Of a stretch of DNA of 64,000 nucleotides, positions 44,190 to 54,173 are shown piece by piece. Numbering within the stretch: the first letter of the stretch is position 1; every line of letters begins with the position of its first letter. The notes below the pieces were generated by a model, which saw nothing but the letters and a program-made list of their open reading frames with translations, did no database searches and had not been told where the DNA came from. Both the position numbers and the translations under genes were made by a program. Source of the stretch: a virus; the IMG/VR virus record IMGVR_UViG_3300035698_032311, positions 1 through 64,000 of that record; one strand, written 5' to 3'.

Positions 44190-45262
44190 AATGTTTCTTT
44201 TATTACTTTAATAATTTCATCTTGTTCCTTTTCTGTTAAATCAGGAAATGTTGGCAAATATATTCCTTCATTCATTAATCGTTCAGAAACTGGAAAATTA
44301 CCGTCTTGTTTCAAATATGGCTGTAAATGCATCGGAATAAACCCCCTGCGAGTTTCAATTCCATTTTCTTTTAATGCTTTTTCAATCTCATTCCTTTTTG
44401 GTGTTTTAATAAAGTAATACCAGCTAACGTTTTTAGCAAACTTTTTTTCTACTGGAATTTCAACTAATCCTTCTAAATATTTATCGTAGTATTTAGCAAT
44501 TTTATTTCTTTTTTCATGCAATTCATCCCATCTTTCAAGTTGTCCAAGTCCAATTGCTGCATTCAACGAAGACAATCTTAAATTCCACCCAATTTTTTCG
44601 TGCCAGAAATGACCTACTTTGGGAAAATAATAAGCTCGAATCCCCCTTAATTCTGATGCTAAAGCATCATCATTCGTTGTAATTGCTCCACCTTCACCAC
44701 ATGTGATAATTTTGTTAGCATAAAACGAAAAACAATTACAAATACCAAAAGAACCGACTGTTTTCCCACCATACTCAGCACCATGAGCTTCAGCTGCATC
44801 TTCAACTACTTTTATATTTTTTCCTTTAATTGCTTCAAATATTTTGCTCATATTTACTGGCTGACCGTAAATATGTACAGGTATTATCACTTTAGTTCTT
44901 TCAGTGATTTTTTCTTTTATTAAATCAGGGTTAATATTACAAGTATCCCATTCTGCATCTACAAAAATAGGTTTAGCCCCACATTCAATAACTGCATTTG
45001 CAGTTGCGACCATAGTAAAATCAGGAACAATAACTTCATTATCACTTCTAATATTCAATGCCCATAAAGCTAAAAATAAAGCAGAACTTCCACTATTTAC
45101 TGCAATACAGTGTTTTACACCAATTCTCTCAGCGAATTTTTCTTCAAAAAGTTTCGTAAACCCTGCTATTGAAGAAATTTTACATTCATCAAGAGCTTTA
45201 TTGACCCATTTTTTCTCAACTTCTGTAATACTTGGACGAGATACGGGTATTTTATATTTCAT
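44186..45262 (-). CDS. DegT/DnrJ/EryC1/StrS-family sugar aminotransferase (PLP)
   Basis: …AVNSGSSALFLAL…GDEVIVPDFTMVATANAVIECGAKPIFVD… full-length match to the family. Confidence 0.8.
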   Translation of the reverse strand: MKYKIPVSRPSITEVEKKWVNKALDECKISSIAGFTKLFEEKFAERIGVKHCIAVNSGSSALFLALWALNIRSDNEVIVPDFTMVATANAVIECGAKPIFVDAEWDTCNINPDLIKEKITERTKVIIPVHIYGQPVNMSKIFEAIKGKNIKVVEDAAEAHGAEYGGKTVGSFGICNCFSFYANKIITCGEGGAITTNDDALASELRGIRAYYFPKVGHFWHEKIGWNLRLSSLNAAIGLGQLERWDELHEKRNKIAKYYDKYLEGLVEIPVEKKFAKNVSWYYFIKTPKRNEIEKALKENGIETRRGFIPMHLQPYLKQDGNFPVSERLMNEGIYLPTFPDLTEKEQDEIIKVIKETL

Positions 45263-45288
45263 ATATTTAAATATTTATATTAATAAGT

Positions 45289-46062
45289 TCATTCGACGTA
45301 AAATTCTAATTTTAGAATATTTTTAAGCATCGGATATCGCCACTGAGAAACTGCTCTTGGACCTATTCCAAGAAGAAAGTCCCAAAATGCTCCCATGTCT
45401 AATAGAAAAGATTTCTTTAATTTATTATGAAGATTACTTATAATAATATTAGAAGTAATTCCTGCAGTAAAACAATAAACTGCTGGTTTTCCATATCTTA
45501 AAATTTCATTTTCAACTCTATCATTTTCAAGATATGCCCCAAGTGTTGGAATTTCTATTAGTTTAAACTCTTTAAATAGACCTTTCTCTTTTAAAACTTT
45601 TAAATAACGACCACCTATTAATACTAATTCTTTTTTTCTTAAAGTTTCTATAAACTCTCTTGTTAAGGGCGGATATCTTATATCTCCTAAAGAAGTCCAT
45701 CTTAAAAGTTCATAAAATAATCTAGCATCATGTCGTTTCTGAATTCCAATCTTTTCTATCAATTTTTTTGCCTGTTTAATTAAGTTAGGGTAATCCTTAC
45801 CCCCCACTCCTTCTATTATTGTAGATAAATAAAGACCCGGAGATTTACAGTTATATAATGTTTCTATTAATTCTTTTCTACAATTTGGATAATAAATCTC
45901 TCTGTTAGAAATTGATGTTTTATCAAATATGAAACTAAATTCTCCGTCTCCATAACTTAACCAAGAAAAGTACTCATTATTTTTTAACTTATTGACAAAA
46001 AAATAAAATTTTGTTTTAAAGTCTTCAAATTTTTCATCATTTAGTTCTTTAGGCATATCCAA
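45289..46062 (-). CDS. GT-D (DUF1792)-like glycosyltransferase candidate
   Basis: N-terminal SYGDGEFSFIF (GDGE = DxE metal motif); paralog of next gene. Confidence 0.35.
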   Translation of the reverse strand: MDMPKELNDEKFEDFKTKFYFFVNKLKNNEYFSWLSYGDGEFSFIFDKTSISNREIYYPNCRKELIETLYNCKSPGLYLSTIIEGVGGKDYPNLIKQAKKLIEKIGIQKRHDARLFYELLRWTSLGDIRYPPLTREFIETLRKKELVLIGGRYLKVLKEKGLFKEFKLIEIPTLGAYLENDRVENEILRYGKPAVYCFTAGITSNIIISNLHNKLKKSFLLDMGAFWDFLLGIGPRAVSQWRYPMLKNILKLEFYVE

Positions 46063-46783
46063 TGTTTCGTTTCATCATTTTACGATCTAATTTAGGTAGC
46101 GTTTTAATTCTCCAATTCCTCTTAACAAAAGGGTCCCATGTATAACCAAAATCAATAAGAGAAGCATTTAATTTCGAATGAAGTCGCCCTATTAAAATAT
46201 TACTAGCGATACCAGCTGAAAAACAATATACATTACTTTTTGGTGCATTTAATATCTGTTGCTCAATCTCATCAATATGAAGAGTCGCACCTCTTTTTGG
46301 TACTTGAATAAATGCTTTATAATGAATCATATCATAAATCTTTTTTAGATGAATCGCACCAATCATTACAATTTTTCTTTTTCTTAACAATTCTATTAGT
46401 GGAAACAGTTCACCGTATTCAAGAGCATAATAATACATCATACAATGAAATCTTCGTTTATTGTAACTAATATCATCTAAATATTTTAAAGATTCCTTAG
46501 CGATTTTTATAAATTTACCGTATTCTTGCATCGTTGCTAAAAAACAATTGTCTTGTTGGACAGAAACATCTAATGCTTGCAATAAGCCGAGACGACTTTC
46601 TTCATTATAAATTTCTCTTTGTGTTGAACGCTCTCTTTTTCGAAGAATAAAATTCCATTCACCGTCTCCAAAATTCAACAAAGAGAAAGGTTTATTTTCA
46701 TCAAGTTTCTTTAAAAGTAACAGATAATCTTCTTTTATTTTATCTATGGGAATATTTTGACCAATGTTTAATATATCAGACAT
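46049..46783 (-). CDS. GT-D (DUF1792)-like glycosyltransferase candidate, paralog
   Basis: NFGDGEWNFIL; about 30% identity to the 45289 gene across its length. Confidence 0.35.
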   Translation of the reverse strand: MSDILNIGQNIPIDKIKEDYLLLLKKLDENKPFSLLNFGDGEWNFILRKRERSTQREIYNEESRLGLLQALDVSVQQDNCFLATMQEYGKFIKIAKESLKYLDDISYNKRRFHCMMYYYALEYGELFPLIELLRKRKIVMIGAIHLKKIYDMIHYKAFIQVPKRGATLHIDEIEQQILNAPKSNVYCFSAGIASNILIGRLHSKLNASLIDFGYTWDPFVKRNWRIKTLPKLDRKMMKRNIGYA

Positions 46784-46787
46784 TTTT

Positions 46788-47144
46788 TTATATTTTTTTT
46801 ACAAGAAAAATAGCATTTTGATTTTTACCATAAAGATCATCAACTTTAAAGGCTCTTTCAAAACCAATATCTAAATAAAAATGAATTGCCTCGATATTTG
46901 TAGCAATCGTATGAAGGTACACACTTTTATAACTCGGATATTTTTTTAACATTTCATAAAATAGTTTTGTTCCATAACCTTTTCTTTGAAATTTTACTGT
47001 TACATAAATATTATGAACTTCTAAGACTTTCCCTCCCGGAAAAGTATGCCAAGATATGAGTCCAATTTCTTCCTCTTCTTCTGTTTTAAAACTGATATTA
47101 TTGCCGTTCTGTTTGATTATTATTTCTTGATCAGGAACACTCAT
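46788..47144 (-). CDS. GNAT N-acetyltransferase
   Basis: QRKGYGTKLFYEML … FYLDIGFE acetyl-CoA binding motifs. Confidence 0.6.
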   Translation of the reverse strand: MSVPDQEIIIKQNGNNISFKTEEEEEIGLISWHTFPGGKVLEVHNIYVTVKFQRKGYGTKLFYEMLKKYPSYKSVYLHTIATNIEAIHFYLDIGFERAFKVDDLYGKNQNAIFLVKKI

Positions 47145-47148
47145 ATTT

Positions 47149-48081
47149 TTATTTTCTGTTTAAAAACCATTGATATGTTTCTTTAAGTCCTTCCTCGAAT
47201 GTATATTCTGGACGACTTTTGATAACTTTATAAACTTTAGTATTATCAGATAACAAATACTGTACATCGTCTGGTCTCATTCGTTCTTCCCTTACTTCAA
47301 TTTGTAGTACCTTACCCATGATTTTAGCAATAAGTACTGCTATTTCTTTAACACTATAACTTTTACCTAAACCAAGATTATAAACTTCTCCAACTTTACC
47401 TTTCTCAATTAGTTCCGAAACAATTCTAACTTGATCTTTTACATAAAGAAAGTCTCTGCAAGCACGAATATTTCCTAACTTGATAGTTTCTCGTATCGAA
47501 AGCTGTTTCATAATTACTGGAATAACATAGGGTTGAGTCCACTTTGGACCGAAACTATTAAACTGTCTTAGAATAATAACAGGAACACCGTGTTCGTTGA
47601 AAAAATTATAACATATTCTATCAGCTGCTAATTTTGTTGTTGCGTATAAAGAACGAGGAAAAACTGGAAAATCTTCAGAAATAGTTTGATGTCGATTTGA
47701 TGCACCACCATATACTTCAGATGAAGAATATACAAGCACCCGATATATATCAGCTTCTTGGCATGCTTTAAGCACATTTAAAGTACCTCTTATATTAATA
47801 TCAACAAACTCTTCAGGATTCTCATACGAATCAGGTATAAAAGGACATGCTGCTAAATGAAAAACATAATCGGTTTTAAAATCTCTTAAAATCTTAGACA
47901 GCCTGACAACAGAATATCGAATGTCTATTTTTCGAAAATTAACATTAGAATCTAAATATTCTCTTTTTCCCGATAAAAGATTGTCTAAAACTAAAACATT
48001 ATTTTCTTGGACTAAATAATTTGAAAGATGGTTGCCAAGAAAACCTGCTCCCCCAATTATAACAATATTTTTATTCTTCAT
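47149..48081 (-). CDS. NAD-dependent sugar epimerase/dehydratase (extended SDR)
   Basis: IIGGAGFLGNHL (GxxGxxG) and YATTKLAADRI (YxxxK). Confidence 0.8.
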   Translation of the reverse strand: MKNKNIVIIGGAGFLGNHLSNYLVQENNVLVLDNLLSGKREYLDSNVNFRKIDIRYSVVRLSKILRDFKTDYVFHLAACPFIPDSYENPEEFVDINIRGTLNVLKACQEADIYRVLVYSSSEVYGGASNRHQTISEDFPVFPRSLYATTKLAADRICYNFFNEHGVPVIILRQFNSFGPKWTQPYVIPVIMKQLSIRETIKLGNIRACRDFLYVKDQVRIVSELIEKGKVGEVYNLGLGKSYSVKEIAVLIAKIMGKVLQIEVREERMRPDDVQYLLSDNTKVYKVIKSRPEYTFEEGLKETYQWFLNRK

Positions 48082-48754
48082 GATTTTTAAATTTTATATT
48101 ATTAATAAAAAGCATCATAGCCCCCGTGGGAACTATTTTATCATTAGTTGTTACTTCAAATCCTTTCTTTTCAAAAAAATCTACTAGTGTTTTATAGGGT
48201 TTCATGAAATGAGCTTCCATAACAATTTTTTTTATTTTAGAAAGAATTGCATCTGGTGTGTTGGGAAAAATTTCATATTCTCCACCTTCGCAGTCTGATT
48301 TAATAAAATCACATATTTCAATTTTTTCTTTTTTAAAAATGCTTTCTAATGTATCACATTGAACAACTTCTGATTTTCTATCTTCTCTACTATAATAAAA
48401 ACCCAACATTCCAGTATTGATATGAGGACTCGGTAAATAAAGTTTTTTCAATTCTTTTTTTGAACTTAATGCAATTTTGTATGGAAAAACCACATCTTCT
48501 AGACAATTCAATTTGATGTTTTTTACTAACAAGTCAAAATTAAATTTAGTGGGTTCAAAACTATAAACCTTTTCAGCTCCATTTCTTGCAGCAAAACAGC
48601 TAAAACCCCCAATATGAGCACCTATCACAATAACAGTTCCTTGAAATTTTTTACCATATAACTTAGCATTTGATATAATGCCCATGTCGTTTGTACCACG
48701 TCTGATATAAAATTGGAGATTGCTTTTTGGAAATTTTACAAGCCGTTCTTCCAT
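48071..48754 (-). CDS. FkbM-family methyltransferase
   Basis: VIVIGAHIGGFSCFAARNGAEKVYSFEPTKFNFDLL resembles the FkbM core. Confidence 0.5.
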   Translation of the reverse strand: MEERLVKFPKSNLQFYIRRGTNDMGIISNAKLYGKKFQGTVIVIGAHIGGFSCFAARNGAEKVYSFEPTKFNFDLLVKNIKLNCLEDVVFPYKIALSSKKELKKLYLPSPHINTGMLGFYYSREDRKSEVVQCDTLESIFKKEKIEICDFIKSDCEGGEYEIFPNTPDAILSKIKKIVMEAHFMKPYKTLVDFFEKKGFEVTTNDKIVPTGAMMLFINNIKFKNHEE

Positions 48755-48784
48755 ATTAAAAGTGTTTCATATGATTTAAAATTG

Positions 48785-49177
48785 TTAGTTTTTTAATCTT
48801 TTTATGAAAAAAATAGCATTTTGATTTTTACCATAAAAATCTTTAACTTCAAAGACTTTTTCAAATCCAAGATGTAAATAAAAAGAAAGTGCCTTAGTAT
48901 TCGTTGATCGTGAATGACAATAAACATTTACATATTCTGGATATAATTTTATCATTTCTTGTACTAAATATGTTCCATAACCCTTTCTTTGAAACTCAGT
49001 TTCAGTATGAATATTATGAATTTCTAAAACCTTTCCCCCAGGAGACGCATGCCATTTAATAAAACCAATTTCTTGACCTCCTTTAGTCTGAAAACTTAAG
49101 TTATTCTTATCTCTTTTAATTATTATTCCTTGTTTTAAACCCGTTCTTCTAACAATAGCAATGTTTCTGTTTTTCAT
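48785..49177 (-). CDS. GNAT N-acetyltransferase (paralog)
   Basis: QRKGYGTYLVQEMI … FYLHLGFE. Confidence 0.6.
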   Translation of the reverse strand: MKNRNIAIVRRTGLKQGIIIKRDKNNLSFQTKGGQEIGFIKWHASPGGKVLEIHNIHTETEFQRKGYGTYLVQEMIKLYPEYVNVYCHSRSTNTKALSFYLHLGFEKVFEVKDFYGKNQNAIFFIKRLKN

Positions 49178-49179
49178 AT

Positions 49180-50316
49180 TTAAAAATGTTTCATGTTTAA
49201 TTTGACAAAATCCTTTGCTTCAGAATTATAAGAGATATCTAAAAATGTAGATATTTTTTTGACTTCATTTTCAGGATCTGTAAAAAAATCTTCAAAATAT
49301 ACATCTAATCTTAAAACTTCAGTTTCTTTTAAATGTTTCTCAATATTTTCTTCATTTTCTTTAATAGAATTTCTACACCACTCAATCTCCTTTTTTCCTC
49401 GCCATAATCCTTCACGAATACTCAATGCTTGAGCTTCTTTGTCTCTTCGATAACAAACAATACAATAGACTTTATCATAAACTTTAATAAGCCAAGGAAG
49501 TAGATAAAATCCGTCATTACTTTTCCACCCTTGAAGATTCCCTCTTTTTTTAGCGATGCCTTTTAATTCTTTTTCAAATCTGAGACTTGACTGTTCTAAA
49601 TTATCTTCTTTTGCTTTTTTTGTAGCATGGCCTAAGAAATCTAATTCTCTATCAAAAGATCTTTCTCCGTACCCCTCAACAATATCTGTTCCTTTTATTA
49701 ATACAATATCATCTTCATTCACTTTACCCCTAATATCTACTCCCAATTTATTTAAAATACCCGCAATCATGCTAGTGCCACAACGACCTCGACCCAATAT
49801 AATAACTAATTTTTTGGTCGTTAAATATTTTAATTCTATTTTTTTTAAGATTTTTTGAATAGATTCTTCAACTGTTTCTTTATCAGTTTCAACTATTACT
49901 TCGGGATTTTGAGGCTCTTCATAAGGTATGTCTATTCCATTTACATTTTTAATCTCTCCTCTATTAAATCTTTCATAAACTTTATTAACATCTCTTTCTT
50001 TACAAACTTTTAAAGAACACTTAACAAAAACTTCTATAAAATCTTTACTTTGACTTCTTGCTTCATTTCGAACTTTTTTATACGGGGACATCAATGCAAC
50101 GATGACTATATACCTCTGATTTTCATATTCTTTAGCTAATTTAATCGCCCGTCTCATATTCTCTTCCCTATCTTCTCTTGAATAACCCAACTCTTTGGAA
50201 GTTGTCTTTCGTAATTCATCGCCATCGATAATTTTCACTTTTTCAAAATGTTTAGCTATCTCTTTAGCTATTGTTGATTTTCCAGATGACGAAAGTCCAG
50301 TAAGCCAGATAATCAT
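49180..50316 (-). CDS. cysC: adenylylsulfate (APS) kinase fused to sulfotransferase-like domain
   Basis: N-terminus IWLTGLSSSGKSTIAKEI…DGDELR…LGYSREDREENMRR…IVIVALMSPY is canonical CysC. Residues ~170-378 begin LVIILGRGRCGTSMIAG, a PAPS-binding 5'-PSB-like P-loop as in sulfotransferases. Confidence 0.7.
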   Translation of the reverse strand: MIIWLTGLSSSGKSTIAKEIAKHFEKVKIIDGDELRKTTSKELGYSREDREENMRRAIKLAKEYENQRYIVIVALMSPYKKVRNEARSQSKDFIEVFVKCSLKVCKERDVNKVYERFNRGEIKNVNGIDIPYEEPQNPEVIVETDKETVEESIQKILKKIELKYLTTKKLVIILGRGRCGTSMIAGILNKLGVDIRGKVNEDDIVLIKGTDIVEGYGERSFDRELDFLGHATKKAKEDNLEQSSLRFEKELKGIAKKRGNLQGWKSNDGFYLLPWLIKVYDKVYCIVCYRRDKEAQALSIREGLWRGKKEIEWCRNSIKENEENIEKHLKETEVLRLDVYFEDFFTDPENEVKKISTFLDISYNSEAKDFVKLNMKHF

Positions 50317-50317
50317 A

Positions 50318-50638
50318 TTATTTTTTTGTTGAACTATAAAATAAATTTAAAATATCTTTCCAGTTTGTGAATCTAATACCTCTGTCATCTATATAAGCTT
50401 GTGCTGGAATTTTCTTATTAGTTATTTCAATCTCTTTATCAAAATCATATTTCTTCAACCAACTTCTAATAGCTTTTCTATCTTCTCTTGCTGTCAGTAT
50501 AACAACTTTATATTGCTCACTTAATTTTTTCAAAGCATCAATTGCTCCCTTCATTGGTTCATCGTAAATAGTTCCATCATGATAATGTTTACTGTATTTA
50601 TGAATTACTCCATCAAAATCTATTGCTAATATTTTCAT
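50318..50638 (-). CDS. small HAD-superfamily phosphatase
   Basis: LAIDFDGVI (DxDGx nucleophile motif). Confidence 0.45.
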   Translation of the reverse strand: MKILAIDFDGVIHKYSKHYHDGTIYDEPMKGAIDALKKLSEQYKVVILTAREDRKAIRSWLKKYDFDKEIEITNKKIPAQAYIDDRGIRFTNWKDILNLFYSSTKK

Positions 50639-50682
50639 TTTATAATAAATAAGTTTTTAATTGCAAGTATTATTAAAAACAT

Positions 50683-51672
50683 TTATTTAGGTTTTTTAAG
50701 TTTTCTCTCAATTTCATCTTTCATTGTTGCTCTTATTTTAGTGGCACTAATTTTTTCAATTTCTTCGGAAAGATGTATCTGACGCATTCTCCAACCCACA
50801 CCTCGACCATAACAAACTTCAGTAATATCTGGAACGGGAATAACTACTAAACGACCTTCTTCTATTTCTTTTTTAAATTCTTTATTGAACATGTTAATTC
50901 GTTCTTTGATGGTGAAAGGATTTTTTTCTGTAAGAGTAGTATTTCTTAATGCAACACATACATTTTTATCTTCTTTTAATGCTGTTCGTATAAGTTCAAT
51001 ATGCCCTCGGTGAAGCGGCATATATCTTCCTAAAAATAAAGACCAAACTTTACTTTTCTTTTTTTGTTCTAAAGATTTCTTAAGATATGCTATAAAAACT
51101 TTAACATTTGAACATATTTTATCCTCAAAAATTTTAATTTCTACTTGTCCATATTTACCTAATAAATGTTCAATATCTTTTTTGTTAAAACTCCAAAGAT
51201 GTTCTGTTGAAATAGTACCCTGACTAACTTCTTCTTCAATTGGAGTAGAAAGAGCAAAAATTCCACCTGGTTTTAAAACTCTAACTGCTTCTTTTATGAA
51301 TGATTTAGGATCTTCTAAATGCTCGATTAACTCACCCGCAACTAAATAATCAAAATAACCGTCACCAAACGGTAAATTCATCACATCTCCTACAATATAT
51401 TTCACTTCAGGAAATTGAGCTTTTAAATGATTAATAACTCTTTCTGCATAATCTATTCCCCAGACTTCTGCATCTGGATGTCGTCTTTTAAGCTCAACAG
51501 GCAGTGGTGAGTTAAAAACACCCAAGTCTAAATATTTACCATGTTCGAAATATTTTGCTAATAGGGCATACCGGCGGAAATCAATATAGTGCAGTTGTTT
51601 TTTCCATCTTTCAACAAAAATTTCATATGAAAGTTCAGGTGTATTAATATTAGATGTTCTTAATCTTTTCAT
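50683..51672 (-). CDS. bifunctional SAM-methyltransferase / HxGH nucleotidyltransferase (cytidylyltransferase-like)
   Basis: N-terminal …VGDVMNLPFGDGYFDYLVAGELIEHLEDP…LKPGGIF (type-11 MTase); C-terminal LFLGRYMPLHRGHIELI (HxGH). Confidence 0.5.
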   Translation of the reverse strand: MKRLRTSNINTPELSYEIFVERWKKQLHYIDFRRYALLAKYFEHGKYLDLGVFNSPLPVELKRRHPDAEVWGIDYAERVINHLKAQFPEVKYIVGDVMNLPFGDGYFDYLVAGELIEHLEDPKSFIKEAVRVLKPGGIFALSTPIEEEVSQGTISTEHLWSFNKKDIEHLLGKYGQVEIKIFEDKICSNVKVFIAYLKKSLEQKKKSKVWSLFLGRYMPLHRGHIELIRTALKEDKNVCVALRNTTLTEKNPFTIKERINMFNKEFKKEIEEGRLVVIPVPDITEVCYGRGVGWRMRQIHLSEEIEKISATKIRATMKDEIERKLKKPK

Positions 51673-51673
51673 A

Positions 51674-52324
51674 TTAAAAATGTTTAAGTTTCTTATCTAT
51701 GATTAATAATGCTTCGTCTTTATATGGTATCTCTAAAAATTGACAAACTTTTCGAACTTGAGATTCTTTTTCTTCATTAAAATATTTTTCATAATATACA
51801 TTTAATCTTGGATATCGATATTTTTTAAAAAACTTTTCTACTAATCTGTAATATTCTTTACTTAAAGACAGCCCCATTTCAACAGATAATCTGTCTCTAA
51901 AATTTAATGAATTAGCAATTGATGTAACATCTCTGTAATTTACTATAAAATATGGATTTTTTATAAATTCAGAAAAGAGTGGAAATGTCCATAATATTCG
52001 GGGGTCTTTCCAACCCCAAATAGTCTCTTTTTTATTCTTTTCAAAAAGTTCTTTAGTTTCTTTTCTATATTGCTTTTTAAGGGATATAAGACAATCTAAT
52101 TTTGGCAATGGCACTTTATTAATATAAAAACTATTATCTTCTAGTACTTTTATATTGAAGGCTAATATGTCTATGTTCTCAAAAAAACCTTTTTCATTAG
52201 CTTTGCCTGCTTTTTTTAACGTATCTCCTAAATGTACTCCTAATTGATATAAAATACCCGCAGTAAGAGAAGTTCCTGAACGTGCTTTTCCTATTACAAT
52301 TACAGTTTTTGCTATTTTATTCAT
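51674..52324 (-). CDS. sulfotransferase-like protein (start at internal Met)
   Basis: KTVIVIGKARSGTSLTAGIL P-loop, paralogous to the C-terminal domain of 49180-50316. Confidence 0.45.
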   Translation of the reverse strand: MNKIAKTVIVIGKARSGTSLTAGILYQLGVHLGDTLKKAGKANEKGFFENIDILAFNIKVLEDNSFYINKVPLPKLDCLISLKKQYRKETKELFEKNKKETIWGWKDPRILWTFPLFSEFIKNPYFIVNYRDVTSIANSLNFRDRLSVEMGLSLSKEYYRLVEKFFKKYRYPRLNVYYEKYFNEEKESQVRKVCQFLEIPYKDEALLIIDKKLKHF

Positions 52325-53306
52325 GAATTTTATAAGAAGTCCTCGGCTCAAAAGCATATACTTTTTTTGCAAAGGGCTTACATAATTCAAAAAATCCATC
52401 AGGCGAAAGTCTAAAAGCGTAGAGACATTGTATCTCAAATACAATATCAAATTTTTCTGAAGATTCAAAATCAAATATATTATCAACTCTAAAATCAGCA
52501 TTTGGAAATCTTTCTTTTGCAAGTTCTATCATCTCTTTACACCAATCTATTCCCACATAATTAGGTGTAATTTCTTTAATAATAGAAAACCATTTTCCAT
52601 GACCACAACCTATCTCTAAAACGCTATCACTTGGTTTGACTATTTCTTTTAATACTTTAATAAAATTTTTTTCTAAGTTATTAAAAATTAAGGGACCTTT
52701 ATACCAATCGATAGCTTCACTAACTCGTTTAGGCCAATACTCTTTTTCATGAGGATATAATTGTCGAATTTCTTCATTTATTAAAGCAAACTCATTTTTA
52801 AAATTCCAAGAAGAAAAAGAGTTCGGTTTATTAATATGACTTGTTTTTACTTGCCCCTGCTTAAAAGTTTTACTCTTTAGAGGAATAATAGTATTACCAA
52901 CAGCAAAATAAGAAAACTTTAAATCTTCTAAAACTTTTTGAGTATGTTCATTGTAATGATTTCCGGGTGCTTTGAATCCATATTTTTTTGGAAGAAATTT
53001 TTTTAAAATTTGAATTGATTTTGAAAACATTTCTTTTTGTTCTTCGTAACTTCTTTTGCACTCAACTGGTCTATTATAAATTTCACCAGTATGAGTATAC
53101 CCATGAATGGCAATCTCAACCCATTCCTTATTTTTTTCAAACCATTTACAAAACTCGCTGTCCTCATTGAGTGGTTTTATAAAATTCCAAAAGGGTACGG
53201 TGAATAAAGTTATTTTCATTGCGGGCATCCTTTTTTTTAATTTATCTATTCGAGAAAGTTCCTTCGAAGAAACCATTCCAATATCATCCATTGTTAAATA
53301 TATCAT
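52317..53306 (-). CDS. bifunctional polysaccharide deacetylase (CE4/NodB-like) / SAM-methyltransferase
   Basis: LTMDDIG (TFDD-like) and HGYTH (HxxH) motifs N-terminally; VLEIGCGHGKW motif I C-terminally. Confidence 0.5.
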   Translation of the reverse strand: MIYLTMDDIGMVSSKELSRIDKLKKRMPAMKITLFTVPFWNFIKPLNEDSEFCKWFEKNKEWVEIAIHGYTHTGEIYNRPVECKRSYEEQKEMFSKSIQILKKFLPKKYGFKAPGNHYNEHTQKVLEDLKFSYFAVGNTIIPLKSKTFKQGQVKTSHINKPNSFSSWNFKNEFALINEEIRQLYPHEKEYWPKRVSEAIDWYKGPLIFNNLEKNFIKVLKEIVKPSDSVLEIGCGHGKWFSIIKEITPNYVGIDWCKEMIELAKERFPNADFRVDNIFDFESSEKFDIVFEIQCLYAFRLSPDGFFELCKPFAKKVYAFEPRTSYKIHE

Positions 53307-54172
53307 AAAACTTTTCTTAATCGATGTAACATTGCCTTAGCCATCGCACTAGCAGTATATTTAGATATCGCCAAAGCATATGCACCTTCTACATCTAACT
53401 TTATTTTTTTATTATATAACTTTTTTAATTTAACTTTGAAATCCTCCAAATCGTCAGTCTTGAAATAAAGAGCATATTCACCCCAACATTCTTTATGTGG
53501 TTCAATATCTGACAGTAATAACGGTTTTTTAAAATAAGCTGCTTCAATAGAACTAAGAGCAGCATTCGCGTCTTCAGATGTTGCAACAACTAATAAGCGA
53601 CAATCTCTTAATACTTCAATATACTTTTTTCTGCTAAATTTGTATGGGTGACATGAAATAAATGGAATATCTAAGTCACGACAAGCGTCTTCAAAAAAAT
53701 CAAATCTTTTATATCTTTTGTCTCTTCTTGATGCTTGAACAACATAGCCAAGATCTTTTGTTTCGCCTATGCATTCTTCAACGACAGAGCATGTTTCAAT
53801 AACATGATGTTTTAAATTTAACTTTTTTTGCATTAACTTAACCATATATTTTGAAGGCGTCCAAATATCAATACTTTCTTTCATCAAGTCAGTAAATGCA
53901 GGCCAATATCCAGTAGTTTTATCTACAAAAGAAAGCCAGTCCCAGTTATATGTAATGATTGGAACTTTTGGATATAATAAATGAAATTTTTGAAGTCTGG
54001 AAGTTTGAGATATGCTCATACAAATAATCACATCACAATCTTCAGAACATTCGTTAAGAAGAACTTTTGCCCTTTTCGATAATTCGTTATACACCCACCA
54101 CAACCAATTTTTATTATCTGTATATACTCCAATTGATGGGATTAAAAATGAAATTTTAAATTTTTTCTTCAT
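53303..54172 (-). CDS. GT-B (GT4-like) glycosyltransferase, short
   Basis: C-terminal …SIEAAYFKKPLLLSDIEPHKE… resembles the GT1/GT4 sugar-donor domain. Confidence 0.4.
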   Translation of the reverse strand: MKKKFKISFLIPSIGVYTDNKNWLWWVYNELSKRAKVLLNECSEDCDVIICMSISQTSRLQKFHLLYPKVPIITYNWDWLSFVDKTTGYWPAFTDLMKESIDIWTPSKYMVKLMQKKLNLKHHVIETCSVVEECIGETKDLGYVVQASRRDKRYKRFDFFEDACRDLDIPFISCHPYKFSRKKYIEVLRDCRLLVVATSEDANAALSSIEAAYFKKPLLLSDIEPHKECWGEYALYFKTDDLEDFKVKLKKLYNKKIKLDVEGAYALAISKYTASAMAKAMLHRLRKVL

Positions 54173-54173
54173 A

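Noticed and set aside
51674-52522. N-terminal 66 codons of the sulfotransferase ORF
   Set aside because: They overlap the upstream gene by ~200 nt with I/L-rich nonsense. The internal Met at 52324 gives a start 6 nt after the upstream stop, so the 5' part was trimmed.
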